The notes beneath the pieces were generated by a model. The model saw nothing but the letters and a program-made list of their open reading frames with translations. It did not search any database and was not told the origin of the DNA. 64,000 nt of DNA from Planctomycetota bacterium (GTDB taxonomy: Bacteria > Planctomycetota > PLA2 > JAEUHO01): positions 256,001 through 320,000 of the forward strand of contig CBDCTJ010000003.1 of assembly GCA_965222115.1 (NCBI GenBank), written 5' to 3'. Shown here piece after piece: positions 29,876 to 40,613 of the stretch (its first letter is position 1; the number at the start of each line of letters is the position of its first letter). Made by a program: the position numbers and the translations under genes.

Positions 29876-32800
29876 TCACTGTTGACGAATCTCAATAAGC
29901 GCGACGCGTGCCTCGTTGTGTCCGACATCCAGAGTGAGTTGCCCGTCAATAACATGGACACTCACTGTTCGAGCTCGATACTGACCCGCACTTAGCGAAA
30001 CGGCGTTCCACAGCCGCGTGCCTTCGATCGATAGACTCGCAGTGGATACGTGAACTGGATCACCGGTTACGACACGCACTTCGTATGAGCCATTGGGCAC
30101 CGCCATGGACCACGTGGAAACACCGGGTGCTATCGACGAGTCGTAGGATGGATTGGCGTGGACACCGGATGCCGATGTGTTCGCCGTTGCGTCGATGCTC
30201 CAGCCAAACGTGTGATCGCCGCGCGCGCCAAAGGGTGCGCCGTTGTCAGCAATGGTGTCGATTGACAGGGGAGCGCCGTCGGGTTGGAAGCTGACGCGCA
30301 AATCAAGAGGTTGCTCGGCTTGGAGCGTGGCAGGAGCGCCGCCCTCGATCCCAGCAAGGATTCGAATGTCGGAAAGGGGTAATGCGCTGTCAAAGACGCG
30401 AGCGTCGTCGATGGCACCTTCGAAGTATTCATCGATTGTGGGTAGACCTGTGCCGATCACGAAGCGATCGCCATCATCGCCAAACGCCAGCGTCACGGAA
30501 TCCGAGACGTAATCTTCGCGACCGTCGATGTAGATGCGAACGCGGGAGCCGTCGTACGTAGCGGCGACATGGTGCCATGTGTTGGTGGTAATCGCGGTGG
30601 TGCTGTTCCACGATCCGCTTCCGGTGGAACCGGCGGGCGATCCCCAGTTGGCCGTAAATCGAACGGTGCCGCCGGAGCCTTGATGAAGCGTCCACGGACT
30701 TTGAAAGCTGCCGCGCGACATGATGGCATCCCATTCACGCAATCGACTTGCAAAGACCCATGCGGATACCGTGATGCGGTTTTGAACATCGAGCGCAGAT
30801 GTGTGAGGCACGTTGACGTGGGCGGATCCATCGAGCAAAACGGATTGACCGAATCGACCCGCGGCCCAGGTGGCGCCTTCAAGGGACCCCGCACGATCGT
30901 TGGTTCCTGACGGTGACGCGCTTTGGCCCGTGCCCTCGTTGAACTTCATCCAGAACATCGCGGGCGTCGATACCAGGGGTTCGTCGTCACTGGGCGGAGG
31001 TCCTGCTTCATACGTCACGGACAGAAGGCTTGAGACCACGCTCGGGTTTCCGGCATAGTCCATCGCTGCGCCTGCAGGAAGAGAGACCGTTACGACGCCA
31101 TCGGCCTGTGGCGTGACGACGAGTTGGTAGTTCGCGCTTGTGCCGGTGAGCGCGCCCGTACCGTTCACTATGTCAAAGTCCGCAGCCGAAAGGCCGGTGA
31201 CGGGTTCACTCCACGCAACATCGACATCAAAGGCGGCCTGTACCTGAGACGATGGCGTAGTGAGTGCAACGGTAGGCGGCGTCGTATCGGGTTCGGGGGG
31301 ATCGGTATGCTCAATGATGGACTGAATATCGCTATCGCTAAGCGCGCGAGTAAACACACGCACATCGTCGATGCTGCCCTTGAAGAACTCGTCTGCACCG
31401 GGCAGTCCGGCGCCAATCACAAAGCGGGGATCGCCTTGCCCAAACGTCAGATTCGTGGTGATCACGCGACCATCTTGTGTGCCATTGATGTAGAAACGCA
31501 GTTTGCTTCCGTCGTATGTGATTGCGACGTGTTGCCACTCGTTTAGGGATAACGTGCTCTGCGAATTCCAACTTCCGGATCCAGAACTTCCGGCCGGAGA
31601 ATCCCAATTGGCCGTGAAGCGCAACGCGCCATTACTCCAAAGCTGCATGGCCCACGGACTCGTCGCACCGCCCGTGGTGACAAGCCCATCCCAATCGCGC
31701 ATGCGCTCCGGGCGAATCCAGGCGGCTACGGTCAGTTGATTGAATACGTTGAGTGCGGGCGTATAGGGAACATCGATGAACCCCGTCCCGTCGAGACGCA
31801 CAGCTTGTCCGTAGCGCCCTTCCACCCATGTGGCGCCCCCTCTGAGAGTCCCTGGCTGCCCATTGGCACCATCACCCGACGCCTGCGTATCACTACCTTC
31901 ATTGAGTTTAATCCACAGCGCCGGATTGCTGGGACCGACGGGCTCAATACCCCCACCCGCATCTGGATCGTAGTTGGTCGTCACCGTGTTTGATGTCGCG
32001 TTGGCGTTGCCGAATGTGTCCCAGCACGCGTCCGCTGGCATACGTACTGTTACGTCACCGGCGGCATCGGGCGTGATGATGAGCGTCCAGGCATCGTCGG
32101 CGCCGCTCAAGTCGGTTGCCGTCCCATTGGTGACGACGTAGTCACTAATCTCATGCCCGATAAGGTTGGCCGATGAAGTGATTCCGATCTCAAACGATGG
32201 TGTCGCCGTACTGGCGGGTGCCGAGAGCGTAACCGTGAGCGATTCAAACGGTTTGGCGGCAATCATGGCGTCGATTTCGGTTTGGGTGAGAGCACGACTG
32301 CTCAACTCGGCGACGGCATCCATCGTTTCGATCCAGTCGCGCAGCACGGAAACGGCCTCGTCGTCGATCGTTGAACGTCCCAGAATAGGCATCGCACAAC
32401 AGCCGTCCAGCGTATTCACGCGCTGATAGAGCACCGAACGCGCCACCGAGTTGGGTGCAATCACACGGGCAGCTGCAATGCCAAGATCGTCATCAGGATC
32501 CACGTCCAACGTGCGCTGGGCACGCGGCGGTGAAGGTAGCCGCCCATCCCATTGCGACCGCACGCCGCCCGGTTGGTGGCAGTGCGCACAGTTGCTGTCC
32601 AAGTAGGAGCGCGCGCGGCGCTCAAGCGTAGCCGTCGTGTCGCCTATGGGCTCGGCGGCGAGCATGTCATCGACGAGCGCGGGATCGAATGCGTCGTCAA
32701 ACATGCCCGCATCGTTCCAAATCAAGAGCTGATTGCGCAGGCCGCCGCTCGGAAGAGCACAGTCACGATTGAGCTGATGAGTACGTACGCCTAGGACTCG

Positions 32801-34633
32801 ACCCGCCGCGTCCGTGTGGCAGAGTAGGCACTGGGAACGGCTGGGATAGTTCCACTCGATTGTGTCGCCATCGTGATCAATGTCTTCCACATAAGAACCG
32901 GGCAATAGGTCGGCATCCGATCCATCCACACGCCAGCGATAGGTAAGTCCGTACCAACCCGCCGTGCCGTGGACCATGAACCGCGTTTCCAAGCGTCGGG
33001 CGCCAAGCGCGAAATGCTTGATCAATACGGTTCCTACAGGGAAAGCCCAGTTCCCATCATCATCAAAGCGAATCTTCTCGTCGGGCGTATCGTGGGTCCC
33101 ATCATTTGGAAGCGCAATAAAGCGCTGCTTGAGCGCGCCATCGGACCAAAGAGGTGTATTGACTTCGTAGGGGCGCACGCCGTTTGCCGGCGTGAGCGCG
33201 GCCAGATTTGAGAAGGCATCCGTATCGGACAGTTTCGCCGGTGCCAGGCCGGTCTGCGCACCGCCTTGACGCAGTTTGCGAATGCGCGCACCGGTCGTGA
33301 GACGTCCATGCAGGGCGAGTACATAGAGTTCGCCATTGGCGTCGGCGTTGATGCTCGTCACGCCATTGGCCTGCCGTGCGGAGCCTGGCGAGCGTGCGAG
33401 AAGTTGCGTCGTCTTCGTCGTCGTATCGAGCGCATAGACGTTGTTCGATGTGTTATCGCTGAATATGTATTTGCCATAAAGCGATGGATGTCCCGCGCCT
33501 CGATACACATGTCCACCAATGACGCAACGACCGAGCTCGCCCGTGTAATCAAAGTACGGCGGTGCCTCCGTGCCGATGATTTGAGACGGCGGGATTCCAT
33601 TGGTGCGCGTGCCTTCTTTCCACGGCCATTGGAAATTGGCACCCCGCGATACGATGGAGATCTCCTCGACCGTGCCCTGCCCCACATCACCGATCCACAT
33701 ATCGCCCGTCACAGGGTCCATGCTCATGCGGTGCGGACTGCGCAGCCCCACGCAATAGAACTCTTCCAAGATGCTGCCGGAAGCATCCTGAAAGGGATTG
33801 TCGTTGGGAATGGTGTAGTCACGCGAAAACGAGGCGGGCCACCCCGTGGGTGCAGGAGAGTTGTTGCGCGGCTGGCGCCGAATCGCGTGACTTCGAGATA
33901 GATCTTCATCGACGTCGATACGTAGGACACCGCTAAACAGCCCCGTGTCGAGTTCCTGCGCGGAATTGTACGAATCGTTGGCGGCGCCCTCATCTCCGAC
34001 GGTCATATATAGGTAGCCGTCTTGACCGAACAGAATTGCAAGGCCAGAGTGCCAATTGTGCGTGTCGTACTGTTGAATCATTACGCGCTCGGAGCTACGC
34101 GATAGTTGCGCACCGTTGGCGGCCATCTGAAAGCGAGACAAGCGCATATAGCCCTTGTTGTTATCGATGCGCTCCGGTGTCCACTTGTAGGCGACGAACA
34201 CTTCGTCATGGCCAACCGCACCTGGAATGCCAAAGTTGGGGTGAAACGCAAAGCTCATTGCCCCGCTGTCGTGCACATCCAATACTTGTGACCCAAGATC
34301 GAGCACAAGCGTCCGCGAATCAGCATTCACTTCATTGTCAAACGAGTAAATTCGTCCACGCAACTCCATAAGCCACAGCGTATTTGTTCCGGGACGCTGA
34401 ACGAGGTGAATCGGATCTTGAAAATCGGGCAAACTCGGGAATGCATCAATGAGTTCCCAGGGATCACCCGCGCCCGGGAGTGGCGGCGCAGTTGGGGGCA
34501 TCACACCATTTAGGAACGGCGAAATGGCGGTCGCCGTATCCGGTGAACCTGCTCGCGCTATCCCTGACGGCCGTACGGCGAAGAACGAACAAATAACCGC
34601 AACCATCACCAACGGCGCAAGCGCATAACGCAT
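29876..34633 (-). CDS. Secreted PQQ-dependent sugar dehydrogenase-like / cytochrome c / Ig / 2x LamG / carbohydrate-binding multidomain protein
   Basis: GSDH motifs (FGQDGYLY..VGD, GLRSPHR, GDVGQ); YEVNTPLWSDGA.K.R; two CxxCH (CLLCH, CAHCH); two LamG blocks (WxHVA.TYDG); GGAGG RBS before the ATG at 34633. Confidence 0.85.
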   Translation of the reverse strand: MRYALAPLVMVAVICSFFAVRPSGIARAGSPDTATAISPFLNGVMPPTAPPLPGAGDPWELIDAFPSLPDFQDPIHLVQRPGTNTLWLMELRGRIYSFDNEVNADSRTLVLDLGSQVLDVHDSGAMSFAFHPNFGIPGAVGHDEVFVAYKWTPERIDNNKGYMRLSRFQMAANGAQLSRSSERVMIQQYDTHNWHSGLAILFGQDGYLYMTVGDEGAANDSYNSAQELDTGLFSGVLRIDVDEDLSRSHAIRRQPRNNSPAPTGWPASFSRDYTIPNDNPFQDASGSILEEFYCVGLRSPHRMSMDPVTGDMWIGDVGQGTVEEISIVSRGANFQWPWKEGTRTNGIPPSQIIGTEAPPYFDYTGELGRCVIGGHVYRGAGHPSLYGKYIFSDNTSNNVYALDTTTKTTQLLARSPGSARQANGVTSINADANGELYVLALHGRLTTGARIRKLRQGGAQTGLAPAKLSDTDAFSNLAALTPANGVRPYEVNTPLWSDGALKQRFIALPNDGTHDTPDEKIRFDDDGNWAFPVGTVLIKHFALGARRLETRFMVHGTAGWYGLTYRWRVDGSDADLLPGSYVEDIDHDGDTIEWNYPSRSQCLLCHTDAAGRVLGVRTHQLNRDCALPSGGLRNQLLIWNDAGMFDDAFDPALVDDMLAAEPIGDTTATLERRARSYLDSNCAHCHQPGGVRSQWDGRLPSPPRAQRTLDVDPDDDLGIAAARVIAPNSVARSVLYQRVNTLDGCCAMPILGRSTIDDEAVSVLRDWIETMDAVAELSSRALTQTEIDAMIAAKPFESLTVTLSAPASTATPSFEIGITSSANLIGHEISDYVVTNGTATDLSGADDAWTLIITPDAAGDVTVRMPADACWDTFGNANATSNTVTTNYDPDAGGGIEPVGPSNPALWIKLNEGSDTQASGDGANGQPGTLRGGATWVEGRYGQAVRLDGTGFIDVPYTPALNVFNQLTVAAWIRPERMRDWDGLVTTGGATSPWAMQLWSNGALRFTANWDSPAGSSGSGSWNSQSTLSLNEWQHVAITYDGSKLRFYINGTQDGRVITTNLTFGQGDPRFVIGAGLPGADEFFKGSIDDVRVFTRALSDSDIQSIIEHTDPPEPDTTPPTVALTTPSSQVQAAFDVDVAWSEPVTGLSAADFDIVNGTGALTGTSANYQLVVTPQADGVVTVSLPAGAAMDYAGNPSVVSSLLSVTYEAGPPPSDDEPLVSTPAMFWMKFNEGTGQSASPSGTNDRAGSLEGATWAAGRFGQSVLLDGSAHVNVPHTSALDVQNRITVSAWVFASRLREWDAIMSRGSFQSPWTLHQGSGGTVRFTANWGSPAGSTGSGSWNSTTAITTNTWHHVAATYDGSRVRIYIDGREDYVSDSVTLAFGDDGDRFVIGTGLPTIDEYFEGAIDDARVFDSALPLSDIRILAGIEGGAPATLQAEQPLDLRVSFQPDGAPLSIDTIADNGAPFGARGDHTFGWSIDATANTSASGVHANPSYDSSIAPGVSTWSMAVPNGSYEVRVVTGDPVHVSTASLSIEGTRLWNAVSLSAGQYRARTVSVHVIDGQLTLDVGHNEARVALIEIRQQ

Positions 34634-34942
34634 AGAACCTCCCGACGAACTCATGATGCAACTCAAAGGATCGCAAACACTATGCCGAGGGCTCGTCGGC
34701 GCCCAGCCCCCTACCGTTCGCGACTCCCCGCCGAACTCGGGTAGCGAGTATGGGACCGATGTCGATTTGAATCAACACTGTTGCGGATTGGAGACATGCT
34801 TATTTGCTGGCGTTGGTGATTGTGTCCGGTGTGGTTGGGCGACATTCACCTCACGCGGAGACGCCGAGATGCGGAGGCGCAGTGGGCTGCAGGATGTGGA
34901 GCGCCGCACGCGGATGCGGTGGACAAGATGAGAAGAGGTGCA

Positions 34943-35332
34943 TTACTCCTGCACCAACGTCGTTTCCAGTCCCAATGCCTTTCCGGCCTTGTGCAGCTCG
35001 ACAGGACAATGCGGTCCGGTGATCCAGTCGATGCGTTGAATGTGTTTGTCCTGGAGATCGATGTGGGCAATGACGTCGAGGGGGCCCTGACCGCCTTGAG
35101 TTCGAAAGATAACGCGTGAATGACCGTCGATGACGACGACGCTTGCCGCCAAGTCGCCGCCGGCCATATAGGGGATTGAGGTTTTCATGATGGTCTCGCG
35201 CCCCTCCTCACGCGGAAAGGGCGCCTCCACAACCTGAGCCACCGCATCATCTTGTAGGAGCGACGAGATGGGGTCCAACTGCCGGGTATTGAACGCCTCT
35301 ACAAACTGGTCAAGAATCACGCGTTCGGTCAC
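34943..35332 (-). CDS. Stand-alone SnoaL/NTF2-like protein
   Basis: FVEAFN..LD.I..LL.DDAV pattern; GTGA start/stop overlap with the upstream S41 gene. Confidence 0.65.
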   Translation of the reverse strand: MTERVILDQFVEAFNTRQLDPISSLLQDDAVAQVVEAPFPREEGRETIMKTSIPYMAGGDLAASVVVIDGHSRVIFRTQGGQGPLDVIAHIDLQDKHIQRIDWITGPHCPVELHKAGKALGLETTLVQE

Positions 35333-36771
35333 TTGGATGCCTCCAGTTGCTTCTTCAGCCATGCCAACGCACGTTCACGAACCGCATCCCCGTTGTCCGA
35401 TTCCGCAATGAGCTCGTCGGGCGGCACGCCTTTACGTTCCAACGCTGTACCGTCGGGCAGATAAGTCATCCACGTCGAATACCGAACTGTCACGCCGTTG
35501 GGAAGCGGGAGCGACACGGGGTTCCCGCTGGCACCGCGCGTGGGTTGGCCAAACAACCTGGCATGCGGCAAGGCGCGAAACATGAGTGCCATGCCCTCGC
35601 CGCTGCTCATGCATCCCGGACCAACGAGCACAGCCACCGGAATGTTCACGGGAGACCTACCCACCGGCCGGAGCACGCGAGGTGGATCCGGACACAATTG
35701 TCCAGGCTTGGGACCGCAGCGACGCACCGACTTGGCATACACGATGGGCTTCGCGGTGAGTCGCCCAACCATTTTCTGCGCCAGTGCCTCGTTTCCTCCG
35801 CCGTTGCCCCGAAGATCAACGAGGAGCGCAATGCACTTGAGCTGGCGTTCCCAAACAGTGAGCATGGCCGAAGCCGACTTTTGATCACTGGGCAGCTTGG
35901 CGATGAGAATGGCGCCTATGTCTGTGGGTTCACGTTCAAACATGGCCAGCTTGGGCCATATCACGCCCCGTTCAAATCCCTGTGCCCATCGACGCGCACT
36001 AGCTTGTTGTCGCTTCGTAGGTCCATCCACAGTTGGGATATCCTGACCCGACGGTGTCGCGACGATTACATGAGGATCCTGGAATTTACTAAGAAGCTTC
36101 GCCGCCTCGCGTGCGAACACTTCGGCGTCGGTCGCCAGCTCCAAGCGAGCGCGTGCCTCACCGAATTGCGCTCGCCAATCGATCTTGTGGGCATGCAAGA
36201 AGCTGTAGTGCCGCGAAACTTCATCTTCGAGTATCGCCAAGCTTTGCTTGGCGTGCAGCCGCTCGAGCCGAACGCTTCGCACGATCAATGTTCCCGACAT
36301 GGACAAGAAAATGACGATATCAGCCGACCGGGCACGCGATGGCGCAGCCGCGACAAGCGTCTCGGTACGAATCTCGGGACTTCGAAGTGTCCGTATGGCC
36401 ATCTGCAATCGCTGACCCGAAGCGTCGTAAAAGAACAGCCCCACATAGCAATTGGGGCGTTGACCGTCAGCCAGCACGATGCGCTCGGTGCCTGCCACGA
36501 TGTGGAGTCGATAGACAGCATCTCCGTCAACCGCGACACGCTGCGAGAGCATGTGCCACGTGGACGTGTCGTCGTCGCCGGTGAGCGAAACCCCGCCGCC
36601 CTTTCGCGGCTGAATTCGAGATGCGCTGCCTACGCCACGCTTGGCCCCTACCCCCTTTTGCCAGCCCCGCGGCGTCCCGTCCCGCTCCCATACCGCGAAA
36701 TCGTCGTTCGTGAGAGTAGGTTCAAGATCCTTCGCATGCGCGGACGCGCAAAGACCCGCCATCGTGATCAT
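35329..36771 (-). CDS. Secreted S41-family peptidase with an N-terminal CBM-like domain
   Basis: HYSFL..HKIDW, DPH, DLRGNGGG, MSSGE, GQPTRGASG, GVPPD. Start approximate. Confidence 0.85.
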   Translation of the reverse strand: MITMAGLCASAHAKDLEPTLTNDDFAVWERDGTPRGWQKGVGAKRGVGSASRIQPRKGGGVSLTGDDDTSTWHMLSQRVAVDGDAVYRLHIVAGTERIVLADGQRPNCYVGLFFYDASGQRLQMAIRTLRSPEIRTETLVAAAPSRARSADIVIFLSMSGTLIVRSVRLERLHAKQSLAILEDEVSRHYSFLHAHKIDWRAQFGEARARLELATDAEVFAREAAKLLSKFQDPHVIVATPSGQDIPTVDGPTKRQQASARRWAQGFERGVIWPKLAMFEREPTDIGAILIAKLPSDQKSASAMLTVWERQLKCIALLVDLRGNGGGNEALAQKMVGRLTAKPIVYAKSVRRCGPKPGQLCPDPPRVLRPVGRSPVNIPVAVLVGPGCMSSGEGMALMFRALPHARLFGQPTRGASGNPVSLPLPNGVTVRYSTWMTYLPDGTALERKGVPPDELIAESDNGDAVRERALAWLKKQLEASK

Positions 36772-36829
36772 GAGCACGATTCGGAGGGACTTCCTCGGTC
36801 GTGTCAGGGCGCGGCGCAACCCGCGCTCG

Positions 36830-37360
36830 CTACGCCGTAAGCTGAAACTCATCAATGATGCGAGGCACCCACGCATTGATACGGTCCTCGGTCATGTCGG
36901 CCTGGTTGTCTTCATCGATGGCGAGTCCTAGGAAGAAGCCATCCCACACGCCAAGCGATTTGGTGAACTCGAAGCCATCTTCCGCATCGACGAAGCCACA
37001 AAGCTCGCCGCCGCGCTCCATAAACTTGGTTCCCAAAATGCCGATAGCGTCTTGGAAATTGTCTGGGTAGCCCGCTTGATCACCTACGCCAATGATGCCG
37101 ATCTTCTTGCCGGAGAGATCGAGGCCATCGAGCTTCTCGTACCCGGCCGCCCAATCATCTTGCAACTCGCCCACATTCCATGTCGGGGCACCAATCAGAA
37201 GATGGGTGTAGTCCTGCAGCTTCTCGACGCCGACTGCTGCTAGATCGTGAACCTCCACCGTCCCGGGGAGCTTCTTGTTGATTAAGTCTGCGATGGCCTT
37301 GGAGACCCGCTCGGTCACGCCAGTATTTGACCCGTACACCAACCCAACCTTTGTCGCCAT
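36830..37360 (-). CDS. fldA: Long-chain flavodoxin
   Basis: YGSNTGVT, GAPTWNVGELQDDW, GVGDQAGYPDNFQDA, GLAIDEDNQ. Confidence 0.94.
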   Translation of the reverse strand: MATKVGLVYGSNTGVTERVSKAIADLINKKLPGTVEVHDLAAVGVEKLQDYTHLLIGAPTWNVGELQDDWAAGYEKLDGLDLSGKKIGIIGVGDQAGYPDNFQDAIGILGTKFMERGGELCGFVDAEDGFEFTKSLGVWDGFFLGLAIDEDNQADMTEDRINAWVPRIIDEFQLTA

Positions 37361-37554
37361 GAACTGACCTCGCTGCGCTTGACGTGCGCGTTCTCGGGAC
37401 CGCGCGGGACCGTCAAATGTACCTGAACCTTGACTGCGACGTGAACCCGGGCCGCGGCTGAGTTTCGCCCCTATTACCTGGGCTTTGCAATCGAATGATG
37501 CACCGCCGATTTGCGCCTTTACTCGTCCGTAGTAGCCCGTCGATAGGTATTCCA

Positions 37555-39294
37555 ATGGCTACGGGTCTGCTCCCCCTCATTGTTACCCCCCATCGTGAGA
37601 TTCGCGATCGCCTGTCGCGACTGCTTGACCCTACCCGGCGCGCGCATGTCGCATGGTGGTCATCCATGTCTGAGGGGAGCCACCACGACCAGACGCCCGA
37701 CATCGACCTGTTGATTCTGGATGCACGCTTGCCCGACGCCGCGTGGAGGCGCGAGATTCGAGGACTCGCTGGCAGCATGCTCCGCGCTCTGCCTGTGGTT
37801 GTCATTGTGGACGAACGCGAACGCGAGCGGGCCCAAGACGTCTTGTCCACCATGGATGGAGATTGGATTGCGTCTTCGGATCTCGACCGGCAGACGCTAC
37901 TTCGGTGCATTCGCTACGCCCAGGAGCGACGCGCCTCTTCGCTCCGGCTTGCCTCGGTTCGTCAACGACTGGAAATGCTCGCAAGCATTGATCCGCTCAC
38001 GCGCTGCCTCAACCGACGTGGCCTGGAGCACGCCGCGCGTAAGTTCTGCGCGGCGGCTTCGACCGATGTGGGTCTACCTTCCTTTGCGTTACTCACCGAC
38101 CTCGACAACTTCAAGTCGATCAACGACGACTTTGGCCATGCGACCGGCGACGTCATGCTGCAGGAAGTCTCGAGCGTCATTCGTCGTTACTTACGCCCAT
38201 CGGATGTATTGGCGCGCGTGGGTGGCGACGAATTCTTGGTCCTGCTGCGCTGCCTGTCGCGAGAAGAAGCATCGCATGTGGCGGAACGCCTACGCGCGGC
38301 CCTCGACGAAACATGCATTGAGTATGAAGGCGAGGCCGTGCGCGTGACAGCAAGCGTCGGCATTTCGGAAATCGCTACGGATGGCGCCACCGTGAGCGAA
38401 ATGCTCCACAGCACCCATCGCGGACTCAAACGCTGCAAACGCCGCGGGAAGAATCAGCAGGCTTGGAGTACGGCGGCATCCCCCGACTCGGATCGAGTCA
38501 CGCCCGAAGATCAAGTCATGTTGGCGATGTCTCGCGGCGAGAGCATTACCGTGGTGTGTCAGCCGATCATCGACCTATCGGCAGGCACGATCGAGAGTGT
38601 CGAGTTGTTGACCCGCGGTCCCAATGGAGCATTTGAAAGCCCCAATGACTTTTTCCGAGTGGCACAAGAACGCCAGTTGGTCAATACCATTGACATGAAG
38701 TGCCTGGAAGCGTGTCTCCATGCCACACGGCGAGGCGCGTCCTATCACGTCAACCTGCTCCCTTCTACGATTCTATCCGTGGGCGGCGAACGCTTGGCGC
38801 GCCTCTTTCGCGAAGCCAGCGCCAAACACCTCTGTTTGGAGATCAGTGAAAAGCAAATCGTGGCCAATCCTCGCTACTTAATTGAACACCTCGCGCCGAT
38901 CCGAGAAGCCAGTGTTGAGATTGCCATTGACGACGTCGGATTCGGTCGAAGCTGCCTGGAGAGCTTGATTGTTTTGAAGCCCGACACGATCAAGATCGAC
39001 CGCGCGTGGGTACAGGGTGTTCACAAGAACAAGGACCATGCCATATGGCTAAAGCGCCTATGTGCCGTCGCGAGCGCGTTGGACACACACGTTGTGGCGG
39101 AAGGCGTCGAGTCGCGCGCAGAACTTCGCTGGCTCATGGACCATGGCGTGGCGCGCGCGCAAGGCTACCTATGGGGCCGTCCGGCGCCGGTGGACACCTA
39201 CATTGATGAAGCCGGCAACTTCATTTCACTTGGCGTGATCGGCGATTCCCCGCGCCGTCGCGACGCCGACGTTCATTCAAACGCCAACATATAA
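37555..39294 (+). CDS. REC-like + GGDEF + EAL c-di-GMP enzyme
   Basis: DPLT, DLDNFKSIND..GH, RPSD I-site, intact GGDEF; EAL variant ELL, DDVG, IKIDR, AEGVE, QGY. Confidence 0.9.
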   Translation: MATGLLPLIVTPHREIRDRLSRLLDPTRRAHVAWWSSMSEGSHHDQTPDIDLLILDARLPDAAWRREIRGLAGSMLRALPVVVIVDERERERAQDVLSTMDGDWIASSDLDRQTLLRCIRYAQERRASSLRLASVRQRLEMLASIDPLTRCLNRRGLEHAARKFCAAASTDVGLPSFALLTDLDNFKSINDDFGHATGDVMLQEVSSVIRRYLRPSDVLARVGGDEFLVLLRCLSREEASHVAERLRAALDETCIEYEGEAVRVTASVGISEIATDGATVSEMLHSTHRGLKRCKRRGKNQQAWSTAASPDSDRVTPEDQVMLAMSRGESITVVCQPIIDLSAGTIESVELLTRGPNGAFESPNDFFRVAQERQLVNTIDMKCLEACLHATRRGASYHVNLLPSTILSVGGERLARLFREASAKHLCLEISEKQIVANPRYLIEHLAPIREASVEIAIDDVGFGRSCLESLIVLKPDTIKIDRAWVQGVHKNKDHAIWLKRLCAVASALDTHVVAEGVESRAELRWLMDHGVARAQGYLWGRPAPVDTYIDEAGNFISLGVIGDSPRRRDADVHSNANI

Positions 39295-40454
39295 GCGTAG
39301 CCCAATATGAGCGCGGGAATCGCAGTGTAAAGCGTGGCGACCAACGCCGCACGAGGGGAAATGGCGATCGCGGGAAAGAGCGCATCGCCATCGTTGGACA
39401 GGGCATTGCTGAGTTGGGCGCTAAACGGAATCGCGCCGCCGAGGTAGAGCGTGGTCACTACAATCTGTGGTCCACACCCTGGCAAGAATCCAATCATCGC
39501 GCCGAAGAGCGGCATCAATGCGGGCCATGTGCCGCTGAGGGTGGAGACGTCTACGCCGCCGTAAACCACCAACAACTCGTAAGCGAGAAAGCCACCAATG
39601 ACCCAGATGGTGACGAAGTTGGTGTTGACGGCGACCCGTTCCCAAAGCGGCACAGGTTCGGAGTCCTGCACCTTCATGGTATCGGCCTGGCTTCGGCTGA
39701 GTGCCCACATCATGAGTGAGACCAACGCCCCAAAAAAGCCGAGCAGCAGAACCACCGACATGCCCTGTCGATCCGCGAACGAGAAAAGCATCGCGTCCAC
39801 GTCCAATTGCATGAGTTGCATGCAGGCGATGACGAACGACGGAATCAGAATCGCCGTCCACAACGCGGTCATCCACACGGGAAGGCGCTCGTCGTCCTCG
39901 TCGGCCTCAAAGACCACGGCCGGTTCAACCCGCAAAAAATCACGCCCGTGAATGCGATTGATGATGCCGCCAAACAACCACCCGGCCACCAACCCGCACG
40001 CCATGATCCCCATCGCCACGAGCGGTTGCCGCGCCAGGAGCAGAAAGGCCGCGTCGCCCATGGTGGCCGTCAGCGCGGCGACGACCGCACCGAAACTCGC
40101 GCGTCCCATGGCGTACTGGGTGATGATCATGACGGCACCGCCACAGCCGGGCAGGGCACCCATGCCTGCGGCAAAGGGCAGCTCCCAAGCTCGGTGGCGT
40201 TCGAGGACATCGGACACGTCGATGCGAAACAGGTGCTCGATCGCGAAAAAGATCGCGAACGTGGCGGCGACGAATACGCCCACCGCCAAATAGGCCTCGC
40301 TCATTGCATCCACCAGCAACGGTCGCAATGTGGGGTGCAACAGCAAGGCCCCCAGAAAGGCCATGAGCGCTAAAAGACGAGTCACACCGCCACGCCGAAG
40401 GGGAAGCGTGGACGCCAGGAATTTCTCACGGGCGGCAAGCAGGAGCGTGGTCAT
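39273..40454 (-). CDS. Putative manganese transporter (10-TM heavy-metal exporter-like family)
   Basis: Duplicated PGCG motifs (GALPGCGGA, GFLPGCGPQ), TMGDAAF, SNDGDALFPAIA. Confidence 0.8.
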   Translation of the reverse strand: MTTLLLAAREKFLASTLPLRRGGVTRLLALMAFLGALLLHPTLRPLLVDAMSEAYLAVGVFVAATFAIFFAIEHLFRIDVSDVLERHRAWELPFAAGMGALPGCGGAVMIITQYAMGRASFGAVVAALTATMGDAAFLLLARQPLVAMGIMACGLVAGWLFGGIINRIHGRDFLRVEPAVVFEADEDDERLPVWMTALWTAILIPSFVIACMQLMQLDVDAMLFSFADRQGMSVVLLLGFFGALVSLMMWALSRSQADTMKVQDSEPVPLWERVAVNTNFVTIWVIGGFLAYELLVVYGGVDVSTLSGTWPALMPLFGAMIGFLPGCGPQIVVTTLYLGGAIPFSAQLSNALSNDGDALFPAIAISPRAALVATLYTAIPALILGYAYMLAFE

Positions 40455-40613
40455 GGTGGTCCAGCATGAGTATAGGGGCTCCGGGCGGCGAGGCCGCCGG
40501 CAAAGCAGCATTGGCGGAGGGACGGGACCTTACCGCCCGCGCGTGCTATACCACCGGCCCTACCGCCGGTTGCGCGTAGCCGCTTTCTTAGACCATTCTT
40601 CATGGAGACCCGT

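Noticed and set aside
35347-36840. 497-aa plus-strand ORF, and similar long antisense ORFs at 7375, 19012, 21747 and 55060
   Set aside because: These are shadows of well-supported opposite-strand genes, expected at high GC, with no recognisable motifs.
37486-37502. TGCA-N9-TGCA upstream of fldA as a Fur/Mur-type box
   Set aside because: Spacing and inner bases do not match the consensus I know, and no second copy was seen at the Mn transporter/sodA promoter.
40455-40613. yybP-ykoY Mn riboswitch upstream of the Mn transporter
   Set aside because: Conserved riboswitch motifs were not recognisable by eye; an Infernal search would be needed.
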